From: Lama glama
Lineage: Eukaryota
Assembly (NCBI GenBank): GCA_028534125.1
Contig: CM052816.1
Span: 53,136,001-53,200,000, forward strand
Length of the DNA stretch: 64,000 nucleotides
Reading direction: 5' to 3'
The translations under genes and the position numbers were made by a program. How positions within the stretch are numbered: position 1 is the stretch's first letter; every line of letters begins with the position of its first letter. Shown in pieces: positions 37,300 to 50,029 of the stretch. The notes under the pieces are model-generated. The model had not been told where the DNA came from. It ran no database searches and was given only the letters and a program-made list of their open reading frames with translations.

Positions 37300-39746
37300 T
37301 CTATATCTGATTGTCAAGTGAAATCTCTGACTGTATAAATTATTCCCTGGGAATAAGTAAAGCTACAGAAAGCGACATTGTGACCTTGTTCCATAACCCC
37401 AGGAGCGTGGGTTGTGATTCTTCCACTGGGACTTGCGGTGAACACCACACCTTATCTTTTACTACTAACATCTCAAATACCACAGGGTGTGCCGGGATTT
37501 CTGTTCTAAGCAGCAGGGCTGCTTGCTCTGCAGTGAGGACCTTCTGCAGCAGAGACAGTCTCTATTCTGAGCCCTACTTAAAGCTGGAACCTTCCATATC
37601 CCCTGATATATGAGCTGCAGCAGTTTTCCTAGGTGTTGAATGTGTTGCCTCCAAAGCCCAAGGAGGCTTAACAGTCACTGTATTTCCTCATTGTAGTGGT
37701 GGCTGCATGGGCAGCAATCTGTCCTTCACTTTGAAGGGAATGTCCTGGCTTGCACCTGACCATGGGATGTGCAGAAACTTTACTAAGTTGGCAAGTACCT
37801 GAAATTTTGTAGTTTGTCTCCCCTCCTCTGGAGTGCATGTGTCTTCCCAAGGTCTCCAGCAGGCCAATACCCTCTTACTCCTCCTGCCAGATCATCAATG
37901 TAACAAATCAATATGATATTCTGCAATATGTCTAGGCAGTCCAGATGTCTTCAGGCTAAATTATGACAAAGAGAGGGAGAGCTAACATAGTGCTGGAGCA
38001 AAGTGTTTCTGATCTTCTTTCCTGACTGGGATAGTTTTCACATTCGCCAAATCAATGGCTGCATATTGCGAATCAGAGACCATGTTATCTGCTCTAGCAA
38101 AGAAACTAAATCTGGCTGGGCAGCTGTGATCAGGGCTATTTCTTGGTTGACCTAGCAAGAGGCTTTAGAATCCATCTGGTTTCTGCAAGGACTAGACCAT
38201 CAAATAAACAGAGATATTCTAGGGACCACCATGCCTACAATTTTAAGAGTAGCTCTCATCTCTGCTATCCCTCTCCAGGGTTATACTGTTTTTGTTTCAC
38301 TATCTTGGTGCAAGATGGGAAGTTTCAGAGACTTCCATTTGACTTTCTACTATCATAGCTCTCATCAACAGGACAAACATGTGGCTTACTCCAACTGCCA
38401 CATGTCAATCCCAATTACATATTTGGGGATGAGAGAAATAAGTACTAGGTGAGTTCACAGACCTGATGGACCCAGATGTTGGTCCAGATTCCATTTATTA
38501 CCTGGCCCCAGTATTCCTTTGCTGTACCACAGAGCTCATGATAAAGCTTCTGGTTGTTGGGTATAGGAATCAACTTAGACTCTGTCTCCAACAGTCCTTG
38601 AAAACATCTGGGAATTTCCCTTTCCCCAGGTAACAGTCACTCAAGTACATGGCCTAGATCCCTTTGGGGAAGCACTGGGGAAAGAATTATATATTGCAGA
38701 GTTCTTTGCACTGGGACTCAGTCATCTCGTTAGTCAGTGGGTACCAGGTCCGAAAACTGAAAACTGGGCAAGAGTACTACTTTGAGTACTTCCCTCAACC
38801 TCTGCTCATCCACTCCTGCTCTATTTTGACTGTGTATATTAAGCAGTGTCTTTGGGCTGCTCAGCTTTTTGGCTCCTAGGGATGCTGTGTTCTATTAATG
38901 ATCCCATACTGTGGACACTGTGACCCTCTGACTTCTGGTGGTGAAATGCCAGAAATGGCCTCTATTACTCCAGTTCCTTCTCATCCCTGTTGCTATCACC
39001 GAGCCAAATTCTGTGACCACTTCTCCTGCCTTTAACCCTGGTCTTCAGAGGAGAGCCACAGTGATCTCCATGGGGGTGCTGGGGCCCCTCTCACCAGCAC
39101 ATTTCTATGAACGTCCTTGATGAATGGCATATCCTTTGGACCTTCCTGGGAAACATACTTTGTTCTGACTTCACATAGCATATCCATCCCAGCATTCCTA
39201 CTTCCCTGAGTCTTTTATTTGTTTCTCCTTTTGTATACCGTGGCAATTCAGACATTTCAGTTCAGGCTCTGTGAGGCTCATTGCTTTTTCCAGGTTTCCA
39301 GGAGTCACCCTCATAGCATATTTTCAACATCCCCTAAGGGCCTAGCTTGGATGTTAAATTCTCTTGTCCTGAGAGAGTGACCTTCAGGTCTGTAAGCAAT
39401 GTTAGTTACCCACAGCTTTTTCATTATCAGTCTGTAGGATGACAACACAATCAGATAACAACCCTCCAATTTCATTATCCTTGTATTTATCATTCCCCTT
39501 ACATTTCAAATGCCTAAATCACTGCACCAACCATGGCAGTCGTCTCCACTGGTACTTATTCCCAACTCACCACCAGGGGAAATTTTAGAAACAGGACTCT
39601 CACCTTTTTCCAGGGGCTCTCTGTGCCCATCACTCAGAATGTAGTGCTTGTGACTAGCCAGGTTGTGAATGATTCAGCCCCCAAACTCCATCTTACTACT
39701 GCTTACTGCTTCTAACTTACTGCTTCTCAGACTAATTCTGGTACCA
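37300..39746 (-). mobile_element. Fossil ERV-L internal region (ERV3-16A3-like) with gag, protease and pol remnants
   Basis: Minus-strand translation gives gag-like EGPKDMPFIKDVHRNVLVRGAPA..TVALL*RPGLKAGEVVTEFGSVIATGM (~39150-38980), protease-like VTVTWGKGNSQ/FQGLLETESKL (~38640-38570) and pol-like PVEESQPTLLGLWNK (~37430-37385). A PBS-like TGGTACCAGAA lies at 39746-39736. Confidence 0.8.
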
Positions 39747-39750
39747 ACCA

Positions 39751-40206
39751 TGCCAGCTGGGCTCTCTGGGAAGCAGACAGTGAAAGGGAGTGAGGAGTGT
39801 ACAAGGTTCATGGAGAGGAACATCTGTGAAGGAGGCAGGATAAGTGGGGATGGGGATGGGATCATCGTCAGCCTGTGATGCCAACCTGACAATCTCTGCC
39901 AGCCCAGTGAGGAACTGGAGAAATGATTATTAGAGTTGGGTGGAAATGGCTATGCCCTGCTACCACTGCTTGCTCTGTCACTGGGTGGGGGCCAGCAATG
40001 AGAATGTGATCTTGGCTACCGTCATCACAATCAATCACAGGCCAGGAGCCACCTGGAGAAGTATGTGACCTTAGCTCAAAAGCTGAGGTGAATCCTGTAG
40101 GTGCTGTCAGCCAGAGGGCTGTCAGCTAAGCCCAGTCCTTGCAGCTGGATAACACGTACTTTCTTGAAGGGCGAATCTGAGTGGTGCACATCTATGTCTG
40201 CCATGA
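39751..40206 (-). mobile_element. LTR16-like 5' LTR of the ERV-L provirus
   Basis: tgccagctgggctctctgggaagcagac...gaatctgagtggtgcacatctatgtctgcca is the antisense LTR16 pattern, and it abuts the PBS. Confidence 0.75.
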
Positions 40207-40859
40207 CTACTTTGTTTAGTATTTTATTGTGGCCAAGTATCCTTACTTTACAGCTTTAAAGTGGTGAGAGTGAGGGCAAAAAGGAAGAAATGAGATAAGG
40301 AAAGTTGTGTAGCTTTGCAAAGTGATGGTGACCATACTGGCCCTGCTTCCTACGACCCAGTAAGTAGGTCACACAGAGCATGTTCTTCATCAGCAGGAGG
40401 GTCTTCTCCAGAAGGGATGGGAGAGAAAACTGCTCTCCCATCATAGGAAGTCATAGGAACAGGGAGACAAGGAGGATTGTGTCTTCTTGGCTCCTTCCCA
40501 TCTCTCATTTCCCAAAGTCAAGTCTCCCACTATGGGAGGCTCACACTTCCAGGTTGCATCATCCAGCCCTTCAGGAAGCCAGGGTCTCTGCCCTGCAATG
40601 TTTCAACCAAGCTTGGTAGGCAACTCAGCACCAAAAAGATCAACACCCACCAACAGAAGCCTTGCAGGTCTGCAAAGGCAGCAGCAGTGGATGGTGTGGG
40701 ATACAGGAAGTGCCTGCAGAAAAGTGGTTGAGGGGAACTGAGAAGGTGAACAAAGTTTACATCTAACAAACCTGCTTTTAATGTTTGATAGTACCTAAGA
40801 ATAGCATGCTTCAATAAGGATTTCAACATTTCTTTAAAGCTTTAAAGATTAAGAAAAAC

Positions 40860-41750
40860 TTTCTTAAGTATTATTACAAAAGCAATGCTTGTTCATTGAA
40901 GACAAATTTAAAATTACAGATATATTGAAACAGGACACTTTAAATGCTACCTAGAGATACCACTGTTAAAACCTTCCTGTGTATCTGTATATACTTTCTT
41001 TCTGTACTTATTTATAAAACAAGATACCACTATCAATACTATTTTGTAAACTATCTTTTTCACTTAATATTGTGTCTTCAAGATGTTAATAAATATACAG
41101 CTTTACTATCTTTTTTTTTTAAAGAATTCCATTGTGCAAGGACCTGTCAGCTCAGTTCTCAACAGATTTTTTTCTCCAGTTGTAACCTGAAGTCTTATAT
41201 TTGTCTTCCTGTCCCTGTGGAATTATACCACTAAATGTATCAGAGTATACAGATACCCATATTCTTCAATTGTTTAGTATTTTCTACAATATCTAATATA
41301 TCATATCCTTTATGACATCTATCCATTTATCTGTAATTTCAAAAATTTGGACATAAAGTGAGCGGACACTTATGTTTAGTACTTAATGGTCCATGTACCC
41401 ACCTAGTCCACACACTAGTCAGTGTTCCATACTTTTCCATCTTGATAATGCCCTACAGTTTTACTTAGCTTTACCACTATTGTTGAACTTTTGAGATTTT
41501 TCCAACTTTCCAGGATTATAAATAGCATTTCTATAACCATCTTTGTGCAAACTACTTCTTTTCATTCTAGTCATTTCCTTGAGGTATAATCCTAAAGTGG
41601 AATTTGGCCAAAAGGTAGGAATAGTTTTATGACTCTACGTTCATAATCCAATATTATATAAATTTACATTAGAGCCAACAATGTTGGGTTTATACATTTA
41701 ATATATTTTTAAATTTTAATAGGTATATAATGATTGTTAAAAGTTACTTA
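40860..41750 (-). mobile_element. L1ME 3'UTR remnants
   Basis: cctagagataccactgttaaa, tttccaactttccaggattataaatagca and gtataatcctaaagtggaatttgg. Confidence 0.55.
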
Positions 41751-42252
41751 ATTAAAAATTCTCTCAGCTGCTTTTAAAATTTTTCTGTGTGTGTGTGTGA
41801 AAGTAATAGTCTCACCATGGAAAAAAAAAATCAAGTAAGTGAAAATACCGTCTAAACCTCCACTCTTAAAAGATTCCATGTTCCAATTTGACTTTACACT
41901 CTTTCACATTATGGTATATGCATGCAATGGTTTTATTCTTGAGACTCTAAAGGCCCAGGCCTGTGACCAGCAGGGTGCCATTTTTGCCACATTCTATTGG
42001 TCAGCGTATGTCACAGGCCAGCCTGATTCAAGGGGAGAGGAAATAAGACTCTCCTCTGAATGGAGAGGAATGGCATATGTGAACAGGGAGGGAGGTTTCA
42101 AGCTTGGGAAATATGCAGGGCATGTGGTAAACAAATCATATCAGTTGGAATCATTGAGTGACTGAACAAACAAATGAATAAATTGAATAATAAGAAACAT
42201 AGGGCAGAAGATATTTAAAAATATACAGACAGAGAGGGGAGGGGAAAGGTCA

Positions 42253-42390
42253 GGGGAAGGGGATAGCTCAGTGGTAGAGTGCGTGCTTAGCATGCATGAA
42301 GTCCTGGGTTCAATCCCTAGTACCTCCACTTAAAATATAAATAAATAAATAAATCTAGTTACCTCCCCACCTCTGGAAAAAAAATTTAAA
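42253..42390 (+). mobile_element. Vic-1-type SINE with a 15-bp TSD and a 21-nt 5' leader
   Basis: The TSD AAAAATATACAGACA is at 42217-42231 and 42391-42405. The head is close to tRNA-Ala(AGC). Confidence 0.92.
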
Positions 42391-43026
42391 AAAAATATAC
42401 AGACACTACATAGACAACAACAAAATATTTAACCCTTTTATATAAATGGAATGGATTTAATGATAGAGACTGACTGCTTTCAATTTCACACCAGCAGGGA
42501 GGCTGGGAAAAGCAATAGATGTTTTACATCAAGACAGATGGTGTCAGGCCAGGCCAGAGTGCATGCAGTGAGGGAGGCTTCAGCTAGACCTGGAGGAAGT
42601 CTACACAGCCAGTGCCTTAGGCAGGCAGGACAGAGGCCAGGTCCAGAGAAGTCTGTTCTGGGTGTGGAGTGAGAGCAGGAGTGAGAAGTTACAGAGGTTC
42701 TGCAGGTCAAGGCAGCAAGTCCATATCAGTAAAGTCAGACCTCCATCGCGTAGACTCAGGACGGGAAAATGAGAGACAAGATGGGCCCGGCCGACAGGAG
42801 CTCAGACACCAGGCGTCAGCATCAAGCCTGGCCCTTGACCCTGGGCTCACTGCTCAGCCCGCCTGATCTGTAGCGACTGGAGTCTAGGTCCACAGGGGCT
42901 GGCCTGGTGCTGGGTTGCTTTCCTTTCTCCTTACTGGATCAGCTGTTCTATCTGAATGCGCAGAAAGAAGCAGCTCTTAATATGAGCTGATATTGATCGT
43001 TTTTGCCAGAATTACCCCAAATGTAG

Positions 43027-43484
43027 TGTGGTGGGCAGCTTTCAAGACGGTCAACCCCACTTCTGGAATTCACAACCATGTCTATTTTCTTCTGACATGA
43101 GGATTGGTCTGTGTGACCCATAGAACAAGCAAAAATAATGGTATGCCACCTCCAAGATTAGGTTATTGAAGACTGAGGGTCCATCTTGGGCTATCTCTCT
43201 TTCTCTGGTCCCTCACTCTGCCAGAAGGATGTTGTCAGGGTGTGAGCAGCCCTGTGGAGAGGCCCACAAGGTGGGGAACTGAAGTCTCTGGCTGACAACC
43301 ATATGAGTGAACCTGGAAGTCAGATTCTTCCACCTAGTTGAAACTTGAAATGACTGGAGTCCCTGAGGCAGTAGCATCCAGCTAGGTCACTCCAGAGTTC
43401 CTGATCCTCAGACACTGTGTCAGACAATAAACTTGTGTAGTTTTGAGTTGCTAAATTTGGGCAATCTGTTACGCAGTAATACAT
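43027..43484 (+). mobile_element. MLT1F-like MaLR solo LTR
   Basis: tgtggtgggcagc...agccctgtggagaggcccaca...aataaacttgtgtagttttgagttgctaaatttggg...taataca. Confidence 0.8.
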
Positions 43485-43509
43485 ACCATAAAATAGCAAC
43501 CTAATACAT

Positions 43510-43670
43510 TCAGTTTGTGTTAAATTTCTCTGGAAAGCTTATTGGACATGCAATTTCTAGGTTATGTCTGAAAGAAAAATGCCCTCTTTGGAGTAGGGGG
43601 CAACCATCTATTTTTTTAACAAGCTTCTGAGGTGATTCTTAGGTACTCTTAAATTTGAGAACAATTGCCT
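43510..43670. mobile_element. MER5-like MITE, decayed
   Basis: tttttaacaagcttctgaggtgattctt...tttgagaac. Confidence 0.5.
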
Positions 43671-44219
43671 TATGCCTTTAATCCATCAGTGTTTCTTCTT
43701 CCAAATGAATTTGCATTTTAATCCTAATTTCTAAGACCTTATTAAGCAGTAAGCATTATCCAAGGCTTAAACACTAAACCCAGAGATTCTTGATGTTTTT
43801 GAGTTCCAGGCACTATTTCAAATATTATAACTTTTTGAGATATGTTTGAAACAATTAGAAGACGAAATGAATGCTAAGCAAGCTAACAATGGTCATAACC
43901 AATCACCTGGACAGTACAGCCTTGTCCATAAAAGTGTTCATACTAAATATGCTCTCCTCTGGTTACCCTACAGCCTTGAGCAGCACAACTTATTACTCTC
44001 TGTGTTCTCACTCATACACTCAAGTGGCCAAGTTTTTCCACATTCCAGCAAGAGTATGTCAAGCTTTGTGATAGACATGTATTAGGTCTCACCCTTATTT
44101 TTGTACTCTCTTCTATGCCCTATCATACGTCCAGCTCAATGCCTACTGGTAAAAGATTCAAGCAATTGAGAACCATAGCCTAAACTCTAGATGATGCTCA
44201 GCAATGGAGATGGGTATTA

Positions 44220-44899
44220 TTAATTAGGTTCTGACATGAAAAAGACTGCATATTTTGGGTTGAGGGTATAGCTCAAGTGATACAGCTTAGCATGCACGAG
44301 GTCCTGGGTTCAATTCCCAGTACCTCCTCTGAAAATAAATAAACCTAATTACCTCTCCCTCACCCCCTGCCAAAATAAAATAATTAAGTAATACAATAAA
44401 GTATTTAAAAAATAAAATAAAATAAAAACAACCCCCCTCAAAAAAAAGAAAGAAAAAGACTGCGTATTTAAGTTGTGATAATTCAAGAAGTGTTTAATGA
44501 AAGGAGGAGGAACAAAAGTGTAAGATGGGTGTAGGGAAACACAAGACATAGAAGTTGATAGCAGAGCCACCCTTCATGGCACGGGGAGTGATTGGTTCCT
44601 GGAACTGGAGACAGAGGGAGGGCTGTATGAAGAATACCACTCTACAGGATCAGAGATCTTTGGCGGAGAGAGACACCTACCCTCTAGTGACTCCCATGTA
44701 GAGGGTGCAGGAGAATAATACCCCAACAGTACTTTCCCCCATTCCTCTTATCTTTTGCCATGCTCTCCATTGGTCAAACCCAACAGGAAGCCAGAGGGTA
44801 AGAATTCAAGGAGGCAGTTCATAGAGGTTAATCTAGAGAAGGGGAGACAGTGGATCTAGGGGTAGAGGGAAGGGTGAGAAACAGAAGACATCTGGCACA
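44220..44899 (-). mobile_element. Ancient ERVL LTR (LTR40-like), interrupted by a SINE
   Basis: It carries the ccattggtcaaacccaacaggaagccagaggg motif and is homologous to the element at 53.7-54.1 kb. Confidence 0.6.
44257..44451 (+). mobile_element. Vic-1-type SINE with an 18-bp TSD
   Basis: The TSD GAAAAAGACTGC(A/G)TATTT is at 44238-44255 and 44452-44469. Confidence 0.9.
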
Positions 44900-44953
44900 T
44901 TCATCCATCCATCTTTGCATAGAGCTATCCTGAGGAATTTTCTTCTCTTTCCT

Positions 44954-45044
44954 TTTTTTTTTTTAAATAGAGGTACTGGGGATTGAACCCATGACCTTGT
45001 GCATGCTAAGCACACACTCTGCCACTGAGCTCTAACCTCACCCC
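44954..45044 (-). mobile_element. Vic-1-type SINE
   Basis: Poly-T, then gaggtactggggattgaacccatgacc...cactgagct. The flanks carry a cctgagga duplication. Confidence 0.88.
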
Positions 45045-45892
45045 TTAACCTGAGGATTTTTTAGACCTAAAATGAACTACTTCAAGCTCAATGAGGCACA
45101 GCTTATTTAATAATTTGAAATTTGATAAATGCTTTTTTCCCCCCAAAACTTCATGACTACAAACATGATAGTCATATCTGCTTTAAGCCTTTCTATTTCT
45201 CAGCTGAATCTTAACAATCTTTATTCTATTTTACTATGTGACCCTATCTTCTTGGTGATTTTAATTAAAAGATATAGAGGAAATGGTCTGTCCGAAGTTG
45301 TGTTGTTATTAGGTGGCCAAGTTAGGGGAAGATAAAAGTGAAGTAGATGTGTAGTAGAATGTTGGAGAAGGTTCAGAGATGGAAGTGGACAACTGGAGTA
45401 AGTGGTCCTTGAGCATATAGGCATGAGGTGAGTGGAAGGAAAGAATGAACCAGGAGGATAGGAAGAGTTAAACAGTACAAAGTGTGCTTCCCAATGCTTT
45501 TGAACATAAACAAATGGCTAGAATGACTAGATGACTCAACCAAATCTTTACAATTGACAGGCATGGTCTATAAATGCTCCTCTTTTCCCCAGTTTAGAAG
45601 GTAAGCAGGGGCTTTCTGGGTAAAAGTTCAGTACCCAGTAATTCTTTATTTTTGTGGGCTTTGAGCCCCTGAAATGTGGTATGGGTGGAGGGGCGGTACC
45701 TCAGTAATACTGGATCATAAAACCTGCGATTTGGAAGGGATCTTCTACCACTATGAATCTAATGTACAACTTTCTTATTATGTGATTTTTTTCAGTCACT
45801 TTAAGGTGGCCAGTGATAAGGAGCTCAGTGTTTTATTAAGCAGCTTTTCCACTCTTTGCCTGCTCAATCATAAAACACTTTTCCTAAGGACA

Positions 45893-45937
45893 GAGATACG
45901 CTTTCTTTCTTTTTTTTTTTTTGAGATACGCTTTCTT
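45893..45937 (-). mobile_element. Poly(A)-only retrotransposition scar with a 15-bp TSD
   Basis: GAGATACGCTTTCTT at 45893-45907 and 45923-45937 flanks a T-run and nothing else. Confidence 0.75.
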
Positions 45938-47600
45938 ACAACTTCTGCCCTTTGATTCTTTTTCTGCCACCCAGACAAGTTAATAATAGTTTATTCCCCT
46001 TCTACATGAAAAAGTCTCCAAATGCTTTTTTCCAGCTTCCTTTCATGCTGGTGAAGTGATTAACAATAAACAGGTATGCATAACATTTTACTGTCTGTTA
46101 TGTACCAGACACTGGCCTAGATGTTTCATGCGCTGTATTGCTAATCTTTACAAAAACACGAGATCAGTATTTTCATACCCATTTTACAGGTGAGAAAATC
46201 ATGGAAGTTCTATGTGGCTGAGATGGGATTAGAAAGCAGGCCTGTGTGAGTTCCAGTTCCACCTCTTTCCCCAGTTTCAGTTTCTTCATTTCCCAGACAT
46301 CTCAGCATCCTGGTCACTCTCCAGGTAAGTGCTTCCCAAAGCAATGTTTTTTGAAAGTCTGATTGAGCAGAACAGTCATTGTTGTTACAATGGAAGAAAA
46401 AGAAAAAACACATTTGGAAAACATTGTGCTAAGCAAAATGAAAAAATAGGTTCTATACTTTAGGACTTACAACCTTGAGTACACTAAGTACATTGTGTAG
46501 CTGAAGGTGAAATATAGAGTATTCAGGGTTTTCTAATCTTATTTGAGTCTGGGACTCTTGTGGGTGGAAGATTTTACAGAATGATGTTCACCAGTATTCA
46601 CTGGTTCACTGGTGAACACTGCTTTAGGGACATCTTTATTAGTATTATTTTGAAGATGTGAGTATACCAAATAGAATGTTATCTTTCATGTAACCGACCA
46701 GTTTTTTAAAAATCCTGTTATAATTTTACCTTTATTAAAACAAAACGTTCTTTCAACACACTGATAACTGAGATCATTCTTTAATTCAATAGAATAGAAT
46801 AGAATTGAACTGAATTTATTTTTTGATACCAGGAACCTCTATATGTAGCCAGCCTCTATTCTAACACTGGGAAAAATCCCACATGACATAATAGACGCTA
46901 ACATTTCTTGAGCACCGAAAGTTTTTAGGAAAATACCTTGAACAAAAAAATAGCATTCCTTTTAAAAAGCACACTTTGTAGTTGGTAGAAATAGTAGGGA
47001 TGTGATTAATTTAAAAAATGCTGAATCAAGTTTTTGTGGCATGAGGCCAGGAAATTCCCTCTCCCTTTGTTTTAATTCTGAACAAAGTTGCAAGATTTTA
47101 TCACTTAGCTTCCCACTGATTTAGATTCAATTTGTTTAGATTTCACATAGCCCTGTCCTTGTGGTTAGGTTTAACATAAACACTGAACCAAGATCTCCTA
47201 ATAATAGACTACAGCTCTCAACTTCCTGAAAACTATGCTCCTTTATTTATACGTGTTATTTTTTTCTTACTCATTCCTTGCCTTGTATTTAAATCTTAAA
47301 GTGTTGATCAGAAAATCCCACTTTGGGATATTTTTTAAATTAACAGCACAAAATTGAATCTGAGGGGTTCAGAAGTTTTTAGTATTACATGTTTTTGAAG
47401 GAAGAACAATAGATTTTATTTCCAAATCTGTCATGTTAGAGACATTAGAGTAAACTTGTAATATAATTGATGACAATAAGCCCATCTCATAACATCAAGG
47501 ACTCAATTCTTAGAAGAAAGTGGATGTTTTAATACTTTCCACAATTATGTTTTCTTTATTCCTCCTTTCCCATTTAGAGACTACATTGACATTGCTTGCA

Positions 47601-48500
47601 CTGAGATAATAGAAAATATATGTACTGGTCTCTGCCCCTGGTTCCCAGCATAGAGCTCCTGAGACTCGTGTAATTTCCAGAGTGAAAAGAATACTTGAAA
47701 CATCTCTTGTTCTAATATTTGTCTTTGACCCCATCCCTGTCACAGGGCCCCTGAAACCCTTGTAAATTCCTAAGTGGTACGAGCACTAGGGCCACTTTTT
47801 GTTCTATTGAGACAACTCTGAGCAGGCTCCTGGATGGCACCTGGATGGGGGATGGTCATCAGAAAGACCAAGCCATGATTAGAAGCTTGGAATTTCCAGT
47901 CCTACCCCTCATCCTCCAGGCAGGGGAGAGGGCTGGAAATGGAGTTAATAATTGATCATGCCTGCATGAGGAAGTCTTCATAAAATCTCAACAATACTGG
48001 GCTCAGGGAGCTTCCAGGTTGACAAACACATCCACAATAGGAAAGTGACTCACCACAACTCCATGGGAATAGAAGCTCCTGTGCTTGGGACCCTCCCAGA
48101 CCTCCTCCTATGTATCTGTTCATCTGGCTGCTCATCTGTATCCTTTACCCTGTCCTTCAGTAATCTGGTAAACCTAAGTATTTCCCTGAGTTCTATGAGC
48201 CACTCTAGCAAATTAATGAAACCTAAGGAGGGTGTCATGGGGACTTCCAATTTGTAGCAAAATTGGACAGAAGTTATGAGTAACCTGGAGACCTACTGCT
48301 TGCAATTAGTATCCGAAGTGGGGTTGGAGCAGTTTTGTGCGACTGAGCCCTTAACCTGTGGGACTTGACATTAGTGTTAGAATTAAGTTAAATTGTAGCT
48401 GGTGTTGCAGAGAATTGTTTGGTGTGGGGAAAATCCACACACACATTTGGTCACCAGAAGTGTCAGAAGTAAAGGAGACACACAGAAGACACAGATGGGA
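47601..48500 (+). mobile_element. MER21-like ERVL solo LTR
   Basis: ggtcatcagaaagaccaagccatgattagaagcttggaa...ggagagggctggaaatggagttaataattgatcatgcc...tttccctgagttctatgagccactctagcaaatta...gactgagcccttaacctgtggga. Confidence 0.8.
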
Positions 48501-49154
48501 GGGAAAACTGAGGTTTTAATTTCTAAGGTGAATCAACAAAATTAGGACTAGAAAGAAACAAAAAAATTAGGTTCAATTGATTTTCAAATTAATAAAACAA
48601 ACTATGCTATAAAAGGATATATAATGACTATATAACTACCATACAAAAAGGATGAAATGAAATGAAATGGAGAACTTATGAATTGAGTTTTAAAAAACTG
48701 TTACTTAGACAAAATAGATATACAAATAAAGTCTTTTTAAAGGATTGCAACCATAGATAATAACCCACTCAACCAACTGCGACCCTATTCAAGCTGAAAA
48801 AATTGCACTGCTACAATTTTAAGCACAACATTATTTTAATACAGTCAGTCATCACATCAGAAACTATAGAGATTATCTCAACATAAACTGGGTGATTGCA
48901 TAAAATTGGAGAATGACAATTCTTTAAGATTTCAAACTTCTCTTATCATTTGATTTAAAATATATTTGTATGTTAGAAAGTTGGCGAGGAAAAACGGACA
49001 CCATTCATAACTGAAAATATAAATGTATATGTATATTTAAAAAATAAATGTATATATTTATATATATTTTCTCTCATTGTATTTGCCAGTGGGTAGTGCT
49101 TTACACAATTTTTCATTATGAAAAATTTCAAAATAATTTAAAGAATAGTACAAT

Positions 49155-49802
49155 TGAGACAGGAGGGAAGGGGGTAGGGCACAGCCACCCGAGGAATGAC
49201 AGCAATTTAACACCAAAATGGTGGAATACTCACCAAAATGGTGGAAGATTCAACTCCTAGTTGGCCTTGAGGATTAAGAGGTTTGACTTCTAGGAGACCT
49301 TGAGCTTCATTATAGGCTCATTGTAACAGCTCGTGATAAGTAACATGCCTGCAGGCACCAAGGATAACCGCAAAAGGCCAAAGAATGGGTGGTGGCCCAG
49401 TTCCTGGGAATCCCAGCCCCTTCCCCAGGGAAGTTGGAATGGTCCCACCTGTAGGCATGTGAAGCTACTGAGCTCGTAAAAACTGACACCACCACGCCTA
49501 GCGGCCTTTTTCTGTTACCTCCTGTTTGGAGATGGCCCTCCCTCAGTCTATGGAGTGTGTACCTACTTTTACTTTAACCTGAGCACCCAATTAACACACC
49601 TCTTTCCTTGCCTTTCTCTTGCCTTACACTCTATGCAGTATGTATCTCTTTAAATAAATCTACATTTACTCGACTGTGGCTGGCACTTGAACTGTTTCCT
49701 GAGCAAAGCCAAGGACCCACACCTGGCGGGGCACGTCCCAGGGGCTCATCTGAGACCTGGAACACAGCCCTCCTCATGCCCCACATCCATTTTCCTGCAT
49801 CA
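49155..49802 (+). mobile_element. ERV1 solo LTR (MER41-like), 648 bp
   Basis: TG...CA termini, a 4-bp TSD CAAT (49151-49154 and 49803-49806) and AATAAA near 49654. The TGAGACAGGA start and ggtggcccagttcctgggaatcccagccccttcccc core resemble MER41. Confidence 0.85.
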
Positions 49803-50029
49803 CAATGATCATTACCTATATTAAATAAGTGTTAACATTTAACAATGTTTTCATCATCATTCTCTCTATCTATGTGCTGTGTATCTTAGCCATTTGAAAT
49901 TAAGTTGTAGACATTGTTAAACTCCATCTTTAGATACTTCAGCGTGTAGAATCCAAGAATAAGGCATTCATATACCAGTATCTTAATCATATATACTCAA
50001 TCATATATCAGTTTCACCCTAAGACTGAG

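Noticed and set aside
42253..42330. Apparent tRNA-Ala(AGC) gene, and ten similar copies in the window
   Set aside because: Each copy has an AT-rich tail, most have clear TSDs, and the stems are mutated. They are tRNA-derived SINEs, not tRNA genes.
46585..46618. 11-bp inverted repeat TGTTCACCAGT...ACTGGTGAACA
   Set aside because: It lies in what appears to be a decayed hAT MITE end with a small local duplication, and there is no sign of an RNA gene.
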